Positions 38,998-51,142 of a stretch of DNA of 58,266 bases are shown piece by piece. Every line of letters starts with the position of its first letter. Within the stretch, counting starts at the first letter, position 1. Below the pieces are notes generated by a model, which was not told the DNA's origin, did not search any database, and saw only the letters and a list, made by a program, of their open reading frames with translations. The position numbers and the translations under genes are program-made. Origin of the DNA: Anthoceros angustus (Eukaryota; Plantae; Anthocerotophyta); assembly GCA_010909165.1 (NCBI GenBank), contig MU008224.1:1-58266 (forward strand). Reading direction: 5' to 3'.

Positions 38998-40580
38998 ATG
39001 GCGGACGCGAGGCCGGCAGTGGTGATCAACGAGGGGCGGTTAGTGAGAAGGCTGCAAACGTTTTACAACGCATGGAGGGAGGACGAGCACGGGCTGTGGA
39101 ACGGGGCTCACTATGTGGGCATGGTGGCAGGTAGGAGAAGCGACGAGCGGCGCTTGCGAGTATCATTCGCTCTTCATGTGTGGCTGCTGGGTTTCGAATG
39201 TCGCAGCGCGGGAATTTTGATGTTCACCCAGACTGAAGCCAAGAAGAAGTTAAATGTGCTGTGCAATGGCGCGAATGCCGAGCTTTGGCGGCCGCTGGCT
39301 AGCGTGATACAAAACGGTGCTCATGTTGAGTTGGCGGTGCATATTGTTCGGGAGGATGGTCCGGACGTCCTTGTGCCGTTTCTGCAGCCGTGGGCGCCCA
39401 CGCTGCTCACCACGTTGGTGTTGGAGGTACAGGATGATTTGATTTCGGCCATGCAGCTGGAGGCAGGGAGGATGGTGAGAGTGGAAAGGAAATGTGTGGA
39501 TGTCGTTCCCGCCCTGGCAAATCTTTTGGCGGTCAAGGACGACGAGGAGCTGGAGAACGTGATGAAGGCCGCGAACTTTTGTGCCGACGTGATGGACAAC
39601 TTTGTGTATTTTGAGCTGGCGGCGAAGATCTTCGAGAATGTCGATGTCACGCATGCTGAGCTTACGGAGAACACTAAGAGGGTGATTTTAGATCCAAGCT
39701 TAATGGACATGGACGTGCATCATCAGGACGTGATGGAGATTCCTTACCCGCCGGTTTTCCAGTCTGGGCACCAAGTTTGATTTGGGACCGGATGCGAGGA
39801 GCGATGGACAACGGCTCATGCGGTATGCTCCCGCCGGGGTGATTATATGTTCCCTAACAGTGTCCCATTTGAATTACTGCTCCAGCACTGCCAGGACCTA
39901 CTTTATTGATCCAGAGAACAAGCAGATTGAGCATTACGAGGTGCTCTTGAAAGCTTATGAAGCTGCAATCTCAGCCTTGAAGCCCGGTAATCCCATGTGT
40001 GCGGCATACTGGGCTGCTCATAGAGTTATGACGCAGGAGACACCGCAGCTTAGGCCGTATGACTCGCTCTGCAGGATGGGGTATGGGATTGGAGCGAAGG
40101 GAGTTTGGGTCGACCTTGAATGCTGGTAGTAGACGTCTTGTCAGGCTGGGATGGTGTTCAATGTGCGTCTCGGGCTTGAGGCTGGCCATTTCGGATCCGT
40201 GGACCCTGAGGCCGAAGAGATGTATTCCTGCTGGTCAGGATACAATCATTGTGAACAATAATGAAGCGGATGGGCCTGAGGTCGCTACTAGGAATTGCTC
40301 CAAGTTGGCAGACGACGTTTCGTTCAACTTCATACACAGCGACGAAGAGCTCGAGGTGGAGGACGATGAAGATCTAGAGGAGCTGGTGGGCGATGAACAA
40401 GGATCCGGTGGAGTCTCAGAGATGGAGTCAGACGTTGATTTGGAAGAGTGGCGTGGGCAGGGGCAAGCACAGTCTTGGAGCACGGCGAGAAGTCTTGGAG
40501 ATGGAGAACGACGATGAGAGGTTCAGTGGAAGCAAGAGTTGCAAGCGTTGTGAGCTCTACGCTTCAAAGTGGAATTAGCT
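38998..40580 (+). CDS. SPT16: FACT subunit SPT16-like, N-terminal (peptidase-M24-like) domain only, intronless, 2-3 frameshifts (pseudogene or sequencing error)
   Basis: SFALHVWLLGFE, LAVKDDEELENVMKAA, VTHAEL, IPYPPVFQSG, IICSL..NYCSSTARTYFID, YEVLLKAYEAAISALKPGN, SAG.GMGLE.RE and DTIIV..SKLADDVSFNF follow plant SPT16 in order. An acidic stretch follows and similarity then ends. Confidence 0.85.
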
Positions 40581-41570
40581 GGTGCCTAGATAGATGATTC
40601 AGAAGCCTAGCGTGAGATAGATGTAGAATCCAGAAGCCTAGCATGAGATGGACGTAGAATCTATGTAGATGTGATGGCTTAGCTAAATTTGTTTTTTGTA
40701 AGACGCTTATTAGTTCTTGCGAGGATGGTGGTTGGGTTGGGAGTTTTCTCACCCCTGCATCGGAGCATGCTCTCAGCGACGAGGGCAAGAGTCATCACAG
40801 CTGGTTGAAGAAACCAGTGGAAAGAAGTCTGAACTCTGAGCAAGAGTGTAAAGTGCGGATATCTGCCTCTCTGCCTTGGAAGCCTTTGAAGCCAATCTTT
40901 TAAGCTGGGCCCAGTTTGCTCGGCCTGGTTGGCACCTGCTTGCACTTTCTTTCTCCCGATAATTCAATTCAGGAACTTCTCACCAGAAGACCACCAGACC
41001 AGAAAACCCCAGAAAATCCAGGAGAGAGAGAAGGGCGGTTCTTCCTCTTCAAGCATTTAACCACGGAGGACGACGAGAGAAGGGCGGGGTGATGGTGCAG
41101 GAATCAATGAGCTTCAACACACGCGACGCCGTGCTGCCTAACAAACTGTACTCTGTCGTGCGGTTGGTGCATCCAACTTGGCCTCGGCCCCAGCTCCCTT
41201 CTCGTCCCTTCCTGTTCCCGTCTCTTGTTTTCACTCCCCGATTCCGCTCATTACCGGAATGTAGTAAACATGCTGCGAGGCGCAATCACGCAGCACCGAG
41301 AACCCAACCGTAGAGATTCCTGCCCGCCACGGAGTCCGCAATGCCACCACTTTGCCCGGGCCCGGATGATGGATCACACACCCCCTCTCTCTCTACCCGC
41401 TCCCCGCACCCGTCAAGCCCAAGGCTTGAACACTCCCTCCCTTCAGATCCCAACACTCCCTCCCCCTCCCGGCACTGCAGGCGCAATTCGAGCTGCGAGG
41501 CGTCTCTTTCTCTTCCTCTCTTCCCCCCGCGGCTCAGAGAGGACTCGGAGTCTGCGGTTGGGAAAATTCC

Positions 41571-41952
41571 ATGGGGGAGTACTTCACCCCACCGCCCAGG
41601 CCCCCGCCCCCGGCGCCCTGGATGCCACTCTTCTTCATCGCCGTGCTGGCATCGATGTGGGCGTTTCCGCTCTGGCTGCGCTTCGAGCCCCTGGTCCTCC
41701 ACGCCGTGAACCAGTTCAGCATCATGGTGAGCCTGGCGGTTCCCCTCCTCCTCGTCTTCTTCCTCCACTGGATCGCCTCCCCGGCCTCCTCGTCCCCAAC
41801 TCCCGCCACCTTCAGTACCCCAACTCCCGCCAGACATTCGGCTCCGCCTCCGGCTCCTACTCCGACTCCCAGAGCTTCGGATGGGGCATGTTCCTCATCT
41901 TCATCCTCTTCCTCCTCCTCAACAGCACTGCCCAGGCGTGGTGGGCGGTTGA
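41571..41952 (+). CDS. Small plant membrane protein (~125 aa, about 3 hydrophobic segments), one apparent frameshift near 41785
   Basis: MGEYF..PLFFIAVLASMWAFPLWLRFE..VPLLLVFFLHWI, then in another frame SFGWGMFLIFILFLLL. This resembles a widespread uncharacterised plant family with PLLLLL.VHWL and SPWGV.LLL.LLL segments (recognised from memory). Confidence 0.55.
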
Positions 41953-43222
41953 AGCGGTGCTTGTACAGTCGGCCTCCAATATTTGCCCAATTCCCAGTAT
42001 GGACGTCTCATCTCCGACCTCCCTTCTTCAAGCTTTGCGAGCATTTGGCGTATCGGAAGGACCCACAATTCAGCGCTCCAGTCCAATACTCTCTGAATTC
42101 GGAGCTCAGATTTCGCCTCCTTGGTATGCTACCACTCTTGCATTCCGACGTCTCAGTTCGGCTACTCAAGTTTACGAGGCGAAGCTTCAATGTTCCCTTC
42201 TCTGCGTGGTTCTGCTGGAAGGAGCATGTTGGAATTCCACCATACAATGTGGGGGAGGAGGATATGGAAGGGAATCGTTCTGGGTCGAATCTTGGTAACG
42301 TGTTAGAGGGGGGCTCTGGTAGCTAGGGGTATGTAGGTGCTCTTTCATTTGCCTTCACGCAGCAATGCCGTAGTCTCGCACAGAGCCTATGACTTCGTGG
42401 TGTAGATACTTGCTACATACTTTGTATATTATAAAGGTGTCGTCCATCCTCCTTTGTCTGACAAGGCTCCATCTTGTTGTTGGCAAGTCTCGCTCCGTCG
42501 CTCGCTTGCAACTGCACTCCTGTACCATTGGATCGACATGGTCCTGGTACAGCTGAGGAGGCGACAAAAAATGCAAAGATATCTCCGCTCTTTCCGGCGT
42601 CTTTGGATGAACATATTCTTTTAGTGTTCGAACCATATCTTGGTCCGCAGCTTGCCCGCACAATATGGGATAATTCCTTGTATTCTAGCCGAGTCTGGGC
42701 CAGGAATTGTAAACAACGATAGCCGAAAGGTCGTGGAGTTGTGTCCGAGACAGAGCGGAAAAGGACAGGATGGCGCGGCCTCAGGATGGCCGCGGCGACA
42801 GGGTGGGGGGCGGCAGCAGTTGCTATGGACAAGCCATGGAATGCAGCATCCAGTTGGTGCCGGGACGGATGTGAGAAGGCTGGGCAGAGAGCGCAAGAGG
42901 CAGTGCAGATAAGGCATGGAATCCTGACATTTCTGTGCTGCATAAGATGTTTGTGCCGGAATGTTGTGGCCTCTCTACCAGGTGTGGATGCCGATCAAGG
43001 CGGGCCTGACAGTCCTTGTTTTCGGAGTATCCTACAACGTTTTGCTATGTGCTGTCTGAATTGCCTAAACTCATCCCCAAACCCTAAGGCCTCAGCCTGA
43101 AGGCCAGGTTACAACAGCGTTGAATTCCGAGATAATGTAGCTCAGCTGTCCATGTTGGAGCATGTCTCCTGTTTCAATTGCGTGTACTTATTTGGGCAGC
43201 AATTCCTTCTGGTTAGGTCACG

Positions 43223-44872
43223 ATGGACGTATTGCAAAAAGTGTCTGCGGAAGTCTTGCGAGGTGGAATTCGGCTCAATCTGGTGCCTGGCACGGTGCCT
43301 ACTTCTGTCTATGGTAGCTGAGTGTGTACTGAGTTGTTTGCTGATTATTGCAGAGGCTGTCCAGCTAGACTGACAGTTGTAAACTTTGAAGTGTGGATGT
43401 CCAACAGGTTTGGCCGAGTTTGCTGTATGGCTTCGAAACCAGAAGGTCCGGTTCGGTATAAACCAAGTGGATCCGCACGAGAAGAGAAGACGAAGGATGC
43501 CCAGAACTCGTGCGAAACAAGTGCATCAGGTGTTGAGGGTTGTGAGGGATGCTCTTCGGACGGGCCTTTGGAAACAGAGACTGACAGATGGGTTGATGTA
43601 GGTATGATAACAAGTCTACATTGTGAGATTGTGCTTCATGTTGAAAGTCATAGAATTTTCATCTGGGAATGTTGTCTGAGTTCTCACTGGCTTTTGGCAA
43701 GTCCTAGGAGCTGTCAACAGCAGCAAGAAGAGGAGACCCAAGGAACTGACTGCAACGTCCTCCAGACCACAGAGGATGGATACGAAGCAAGGGAGGGAAG
43801 TACCAGCACCAGTTCTGAATCTGACCTACGCTAATGGAAGGAAGGTGGAGACTACATTGTTGGATGCTCTTGGCACCCTTAAAGCTGGCAACGATGAACA
43901 GTTCCACACACCTGACAAAGGACTCGTCAGATCAAGCAGCACCTTGTCCAAGAGCATCCCTGAGCATGTTGGGCTGGAGAACCTTGGATTGGAGCTGGCA
44001 GGCGCAGACCCAGTTAGGCATGAAGAAATGGCAAGTGCAAAGGACTATGCACTTTCCTTTCTTGCAGCAGCGTAAGCGTGGGTTTTCTCCCTGGTCTCAC
44101 CGATCCTTACTTTATGTGGCCATTTGCACGTATCTTGATCCTACCCTTGCTATTGCGTTCCGTAGGCCCCAGCCTGTCGCAAATCTTCGAAGGAAACTGT
44201 CTAGTAGAAATGTGTCTTCTCCGGTGATTGAGGAAATAATTCAGGACCTGCAGCGTTGGTAAGTCTCCAGAGCTGGTTCAATCACATCTCCACATGTACA
44301 AACTCCGTCCAGGATGTGACAATTCATGTCATGCTATTATTACCGATGTCGAACACCCTCGTATTGATGGCGTGCCGTTGTTTACAGTGGGTTGCAGAGT
44401 GATCGTGAGTTTGCAGAATCATTTGCACGCTCAAGGTGGAGATCTTTGAGTTGGGGTCCCTCTCGAATCAAATATGTGCGTGCCCGAGGTTCCTCTTTCC
44501 TGTCTTGCTGTGGGATCCAGTCCTTTCGGTCTGACTCGGTTTTCTCAGGAACTTAAAAGGCGAGGAGTGGGGGCAGAAGACATCCAAGCTGCGATGCAGA
44601 AGGTATTTGAAAGTGCAAACTTTGAAGATGGAGCAGCAGGAGGATATAACGGGGAGATGGAACTTGGTAACTGGGGCATGACCAGCCAGGCCAAAGATCA
44701 TCTTCTGAAACAAGCTCAACGCCAGTGGCAAAAAGCTGGCTCAAATGTAACACATGAAGCACGAAAACGGCGAATGGTTGGCTGGCTGCAGCGACGCGGA
44801 TATGGGTGGTCAGTTATTACAGATGTTCTTAAATCTTGCTGTGAGCAGCCTGAGGTGGAGTGGGATGAGTGA
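43223..44872 (+). CDS. RECX: Regulatory protein RecX (plant, likely organelle-targeted), multi-exon; start codon uncertain
   Basis: AKDYALSFLAA | PQPVANLRRKL..IEEIIQDLQR | GLQSDREFAESFARSRWRSLSWGPSRIKY | ELKRRGV..RKRRMVGWLQRRGYGWSVI. GT-AG introns at ~43598-43708, 44072-44165, 44259-44386 and 44476-44548. Confidence 0.9.
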
Positions 44873-45741
44873 AAGATACCTGTGTGGTTTGGTCCGTAAC
44901 CACACTTAAGCTTGCTGTCCAAATTTGTAGTTCACATTTCGCCTGTGTTTGTTTTGTGTCTTGCGCGAGCGATCTTGTGCTGCCTGGAGCTTCTCCTTGG
45001 CGAGCTTTAACTCGCGCAAGATGTCTTCGGCCACCTCTGCTGCGCTTCTCCATTTGTCATTGCTATCACCAGCCTGTCGCGCCAAGTTTAGTAAACGGTG
45101 GTGTCTTGGACTACATCCTACATTCTTTTTTTGGACCTCTCGTTCTGGCGGGGTACTTACTATATATGTTATCGGGGTACTTATTATTTATATTACCACA
45201 TTAGAGATACTTACTATATGCGTTACCGCTAAAGTAATAAATATCAGTCTTCAAGCTTATAAGTAAAAATAATTATATAACTTACTCTCAACCTCGACTC
45301 TAAGTTGTTCCTCTATTTTTTCTTCCTATTGAAAGACTTCATTTCCATTTATTTTATAAAGAGTATACCTACTTACTTTCTCTGCGTCCTTAGGTGTGCA
45401 AGTGGCATTAGTCTATCCTTTCCCTTAGTTTGACTTTCCCATAGGTTCAGTCTCCTCCACTCTGGTAACTAATCCCCAGCCATAACCATGTTCAATAGTT
45501 AGAACTGGAACACCCCATTAGAGCTCGTGGCTTTTCTCCAAGCGGTGGACTAAAAACAATTTCTTCTTCTTCTTCATCTACCTCTTCTAATACTTTCAAT
45601 TTTTTTTCCTCTTCTTCATCTACCTCTTATGATACTTTCAATTTCTTCTTCTTCTTCTTCTTCTTGGTCTTCTTCTTCTTCATACCTCTTCTAATACTTT
45701 TTGGTTTCGGCTTCGAGGTGTCATTTGAAGAATACTTCAAT

Positions 45742-46680
45742 ATGACAAAGAGACCAGCAGAACCTCAAATTGAGGAGTCGAGTAGCCGGAACGATCGAAG
45801 ACTTGGTAATTATGATATGTTCATGAAAGCCTTATTGGGGGAAGGTGCCCAAGGCCGGATCGTGGTTGGGAAACATATTATAACTGATGACCTAGTAGCC
45901 ATTAAGACCTTTAATAATATGGATAATGAAAATACCATGAAGAAAGTATTATTGGAAGTCTCGTGCTTACAAGCTTTGGACCACCCAAACGTGTTGAAAA
46001 TACATGACGCGTATGAATGCGATCACGAAATATTTTTGATTACAGAATTGATGCGAGGTGGTTCATTATGCGACTTTATTAGACCACGAGGTGGCTTAGA
46101 TGAAGACACTGCAAGACATTATTTTCGTCAAATCATTTATGGTTTAGAATATTGCCACAATAAAGGCATTTTTCATCGTGATATTAAACCAGGAAATTTA
46201 CTTCTGAATGAACCCAAGGTTTTAAAAATTGCAGATTTTGGACTTGCTTGCGAAGGGAACTCAAAAACAGAATATAATGATTATTGTGGAACGGGAATAT
46301 ACATGGCTCCAGAGATTCGTTTGAAATTAAAATATAAAGGAGCGCCATGTGATATATGGTCTGCGGGAGTAACCTTATTTGAAATGGTAACAGGGCATCA
46401 GCTCTTTATTCAAGAGTATGATGATTTTTTGGTTAATGAGCACGCACTTGAATGTCTTGAAGAACTTTCTTATGGATGTATTAGTCTACTATTAAGATTA
46501 TTAATTTATGATCCAGAAACACGTCTCAATATTTCAGGCATAAGAGTGCATGAATGGTTCACTGACAATGGACACACAGACACCAAAGAAAGATATAAGA
46601 ATTTTATATTAAATGTTTTCAAGACGGAAATGAGGAAGTTAAACACGGGTGGCTCTAATAACCCAATCTTACTAGATTGA
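45742..46680 (+). CDS. Ser/Thr protein kinase, CAMK group (SnRK/CIPK-like catalytic domain only), intronless
   Basis: LGEGAQG, VAIK, HPNVLKI, ARHYFRQII.GLEYCH.KGIFHRDIKPGNLLL, LKIADFGLA, CGT..YMAPE, DIWSAGV.LF. First ATG at 45742. No NAF/UBA/KA1 tail. Confidence 0.93.
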   Translation: MTKRPAEPQIEESSSRNDRRLGNYDMFMKALLGEGAQGRIVVGKHIITDDLVAIKTFNNMDNENTMKKVLLEVSCLQALDHPNVLKIHDAYECDHEIFLITELMRGGSLCDFIRPRGGLDEDTARHYFRQIIYGLEYCHNKGIFHRDIKPGNLLLNEPKVLKIADFGLACEGNSKTEYNDYCGTGIYMAPEIRLKLKYKGAPCDIWSAGVTLFEMVTGHQLFIQEYDDFLVNEHALECLEELSYGCISLLLRLLIYDPETRLNISGIRVHEWFTDNGHTDTKERYKNFILNVFKTEMRKLNTGGSNNPILLD

Positions 46681-48376
46681 AAATAGTTTTTTCTACGGGT
46701 GCAAGCATGCTTTGGTGTTACACTTTGATACCACATCTAAAGACACACTTGGTTATCTTGAGCGTGCTATAGAAAGGAATAAAATTATTCTTTTTTTCCT
46801 ACAGGAAGGTGTGAAATTCAAAATTTAGAGTTTAGGGTTTGTTTCTTTATAAATTTACTTTTCTTACTCACAGCTATATATTTATTATGACTTGAATTTT
46901 TTTAATTTGAAGTTATAAAATCTACCTTTTCAAAGTTACCAGGTGGACATGATGTGGTCAACCTCTTTCCCAGCAATATGGGTGTTGAACCCAGCGTTCT
47001 CTAAGTCCCGTGTCATCTTGTCCTTTCTACTCGCCCTCATGCGCAATCTTCATAATGAGCTTCTTGAAAGAACTCTGAAGGATGCATGGCTCGATTCCTC
47101 AATTCTTGCTTGCCAGTTTAGACTCATGATCCTGCCTCTTATTGTTTAACCTCCTTTGTTTTCTAGCCAACCAGATTCGGGAACCCAGGCAGTTGAGGCA
47201 AGATTTGTTGTACAATGTACTTCGCTATCCCTCCACAAAGCAGCTTGTGGCATTTTTTAATGCCCTTTATGCCCTGAAAGATACTTGTGGCAGACTAGAA
47301 AGGGCTACAAAATCTAGGTTCTTTATGTATGCTTACATTATCCCGCTTAATGACGTGAAGCTTGTGTACGTACGAATTTTGGAGCTTCTGGAGTTGGACA
47401 TCATATTGTTTGTTTATCATCGTACCCATAGATTGCACCCTAAGCCTTGAAAGATAATGCGAGGAACACAGTAAGAGCTTTATAGATATGTAACAATAGC
47501 ATACAAGATATACAGTAGAGTGCACAGATTAGATAACTGGAACATAGTCTTAAAGGACCCTAAACCTTAAACCCTTAACCCGTAGGCCGAAATTCCGGGT
47601 GCTTCTCCCAACATGCCGCTTCATTGTGCCTATACCTCCCACAGCTAGGGCACGGCTCCTCACTCTTGACTCCTCCGAATGCATGCTCGCACTCATGAGG
47701 GGAATGATCCGTCCCTCGGCGCCTCACGCCGGGGCTCGTCACTTGGGCTTAGACCTACTTTCACTGAGGGCCAGCCGGGCGCACACTGATCCCATGTCGT
47801 GTAGTATGGGTTTTGGTCCCAAGGGAATGATCCTTCCGTTCGCTTACGATTTTCCTACTCCGGACGCCTAACTTATCCTATTTCTACTACGATCGGCAAT
47901 TGTTCCAGCAGTTCCACGCTTGCGGGGGGAAAACATAGTTCACCGCAGCATGACCCCTCGCCCGGACACTACTAGGATGAGCGTCGGAATACCCAAGTGT
48001 AGGACCAGAGACGACACTCAAGGTATCGATCTGCCCTTCCCACAAACTGGACCGGAGTACATACCATCCTTCCTATTATCAGCGCCCGAAGGTTACAACC
48101 CTGGAGCCAACCGTACCATCACCCGTAGCACCTACTTTGTAATCTTCGCTCGCCTTCCTTCATGTTCCACAGCTACACTACCGTACAAGCCCGATATGGC
48201 CGAACGTTTAAGAACTCATCCCCGTCCCAGTGTTCTCGCTCTGGCCCGAAGGCCTTTCCACCGTTCCACTCTTGTCAATTCAAGTATACCTTCACGATTT
48301 TTGGTTTAACTTTGTGTGTTCCGGTGGGCCCGTGCGAGATCCTCAGCGTTCTCGCGTCCATCCATCGGGCTCCACA

Positions 48377-49240
48377 TGCCAGTGCGAAGAATATTACTAT
48401 CAGGTGGAAAAAAGAGACATTATGGAGATAAATTCCCCGGTTTCAGGGCTTATACCTTACGGTTATGGATGTCCCAAGAGGCTTTGACATTGGTCCCATG
48501 GATGAGCGGGTGGATGCATGATAAGCAGTTTCCAAAGCTTCAGAAGACTACGGTGACGAATTGGGGCTCATTGTCATGCACGGAGTGGAAGAAGCTCACC
48601 TCGTGAGAGAGTGCATGCGGGGATTATATGGCAAGGGTGGTATGGTATCCTTCGTTTGGGACAAAACGAACATGAGTAATGACAGGGGTGGATTTGAGAC
48701 AGTGGAGTACATAACGGTGGCTTGGTGCGTGAAGGAAGGCAGCTTGAAGCCAAGGGCGGCTATGATGCCCAATGTTACGCAGGGGACTTTTAACAATGGA
48801 CGATCCGTCATTGCACATGACACTGTGAAAAAGCAAGTGTACATGTCTCAAGACAAGTTGGTGGTGTGCCCGTACCAAAGACCTCTCGGGTTGATGATGA
48901 AGTTCATCAAAACATTCTCCAAAGAAGGAGATTGGATTTTGGATTATTGCGCAGGAAGTGGGACTACAATCATGCGACATTGCTTTAAGGCGCTTAATTC
49001 TATTGCCATAGAGTGAACTCCATTGTACTGGTTATATCCCTAGCGCATCCATGGTTTCGAGGTTTTGCAGGGCCGGAAGAGGCGCTCATTCGACTGCCGG
49101 GAGGGCGGCCACAGTTCAGGCTAAGAGGTTTGTCGGTGAAAAAAAATTGTTTGAGCTCGAGGTTGTTCCACTTAGTGCAAGGAGGATGAAAACGCAAACA
49201 GGGGACTTGCTGGAGGAAGGACAACAAACCCTGGATACTG
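48377..49240 (+). CDS. DNA N4-cytosine/N6-adenine methyltransferase-like (PF01555-type, beta-class motif order), 5' end missing or frameshifted, one 58-nt intron
   Basis: Motif-IV-like GLIPYGYG (~48445-48470), FVWDK, CPYQRPLGLMMKFIKTFSKEGDWILDYCAGSGTT (motifs X and I), NSIAIE (motif II). Intron 49013-49070 (GT..TTTTGCAG) removes the TGA and joins in frame to ORF 49051-49578. Confidence 0.8.
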
Positions 49241-49257
49241 TATGGCAGTGCCTACAT

Positions 49258-49563
49258 CATGTGTTTCCGAGTTTTCAAGACTCTTTCCACATCCAAGATC
49301 CTATTATTCTTCCTGTACATGCCCAAACTCTATTTTCTTCACCATGTATCCTACGTTGTACAACCATCAGCACACAACACATAGGAACCTTCGTCATGTG
49401 TTTCCAGTTTTCAAGACTCTTTCCACATCCAAGATCCTATTATTCTTCCTGTACATGCCCAAACTCTATTTTCTTCACCATGTATCCTACGTTGTACAAC
49501 CATCAGCACACAACACATAGGAACCTTCGTCATGTGTTTCCAATTTTACAAGACCCTTCCCAC
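49258..49563. repeat. ~137-bp tandem repeat, about 2.2 copies
   Basis: The CATGTGTTTCC unit start recurs at 49258, 49395 and 49531. Confidence 0.9.
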
Positions 49564-51119
49564 TTGCGCAGGCTGTAGTTCAAAGTTATAGGAAGGTTTC
49601 AAGTATAAACCCTTGTTAGAATGACTCTCATTTTATAAGAGTTCATGAGGCTCAACAAAGAGTTGAGCTACAACTATTTATAACTCTCCTTGGTGTAGAA
49701 GAAGAGGAAGAATTTTATTCAAGTCCACTAAGGACATATTTCTGTCATGGGACTTGGTACTTAACAACTTGTACCGGTGTGCTTAAGCCACTTGCACCAA
49801 AGGCATCCATTCCCTTTAGGCACCCCATCTAAGTATCGATTAAGCTCAGGATGCTTAATCACGACGTTCTTATAAATAACTTAGTATTAATAAGAAAAGT
49901 GCCCAGGTTCAAAAATAAAAAATTATAAATATTATCAATATATGACCTATTAAGTTAGTTGCTGAGAGTATGGTGCTAATGAGACTAAGATTGTAGGTTA
50001 AAGACTTATAGGCCATTCAAGTTGAATTGTGAATCGAAAATAGGAAACTATTAACTAATGTTTATTCGTTTGTCATCTTGTGCGAAGTTTGAATTTGCTA
50101 TATCGTGGTTATCCAAAGTTTGAAATTTTTATGGCTTTTTATTTTGTCTCAATTATAGGTTTGAAGTCTGAATATTGTCAGGCCCCTTTTCTTTTTTCGT
50201 ACTTGTAAGTTCGAAGTCTAAATATTGTCATGGCTTTTTTCTTTTGTCATAGTTGTAGGTTTGAAGTCTCAATTTGTCAATAGACTAGTATTTGTATCTT
50301 ACATCTATTTTATATCATGCATATACTTTGGTATGTAGGTCTATGTTTTGTTCTTTGTCTAGTATTAAAAATTTTTATCATGAATTTATTTTGGTACATA
50401 GGTCTATTTTTTGTGCTTGGTTTAGTTTTGAAATTTTGTCATGACAAAAGAAAACCCTTATTTGTGTTTAAAAGGAGGTGAAGGTGTAGAGATAAATATT
50501 TAAGTTGTCTTACTCTCATAATTCTCCTTTTTAATATGTGTTATAATATAAAGTTTCTTTTGCTTAGTAAAAAACTTTAAGGGAAACTTCCAAGTTTAGT
50601 ATGATTAAATTATTAAGTAGTTCTCTTGAGATCAAAAGAAAACTTCCAATGATATAGGGTAAGACATGAAGCACAATGCTAGCAAGGTGCACACACATTG
50701 TGAAGAGCTTGTCTCAAATGTATCATAGTTGAGGTAGAGAAGGACAAAAAATCAAAGATTTATGAGTACGTAGGTCAATTTTGAAGACAAAATATTGAGA
50801 AGTACCCAAACAAACCAATTGAAGTTAAGATATGAAAAAGAAAACCTCATCCCATTCTATAAGTAACATAAATTTTTATTTATGTGGAGTGGGAAAGTAA
50901 TTCCTATAAATAGCTCGCGATTCTTGCTCAAAAGATTTTCATTTCATTGTGCTTGAGCTCCATAACTCTTCTCTAAATTGCTATTACCTATCACAAATTT
51001 GAGCTTAATCAGGTCATTATGATACAAGATTCGTAATTACTTTAACTTTAACAAAAACAATTATCATAGAGTAATTTCATTCTTGAAAAAGTCATCTCAA
51101 AATCTCAAAATCTCAATCT

Positions 51120-51142
51120 TATATATATATATATATATATAT
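51120..51142. repeat. (TA)n microsatellite
   Basis: TATATATATATATATATATATA run. Confidence 0.9.

Noticed and set aside
40600-40665. 31-bp direct repeat after the SPT16-like ORF
   Set aside because: Two imperfect copies only, an ordinary local duplication.
41225-42326. 357-aa and 251-aa overlapping ORFs as real proteins
   Set aside because: Each contains only half of a small membrane protein. They are better explained by one frameshifted short CDS.
42355-43100. Minus-strand ORFs between the membrane gene and RecX
   Set aside because: No recognisable motif or consistent frame, so no call can be supported.
45664-45741. Hydrophobic N-terminal extension or signal peptide on the kinase
   Set aside because: It comes from a TTG start inside a (TTC)n-rich 5' tract. 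The first ATG is at 45742.
49242-49578. ORFs with repeated peptides downstream of the methyltransferase
   Set aside because: They are translations of the 137-bp tandem repeat, whose unit is not a multiple of three.
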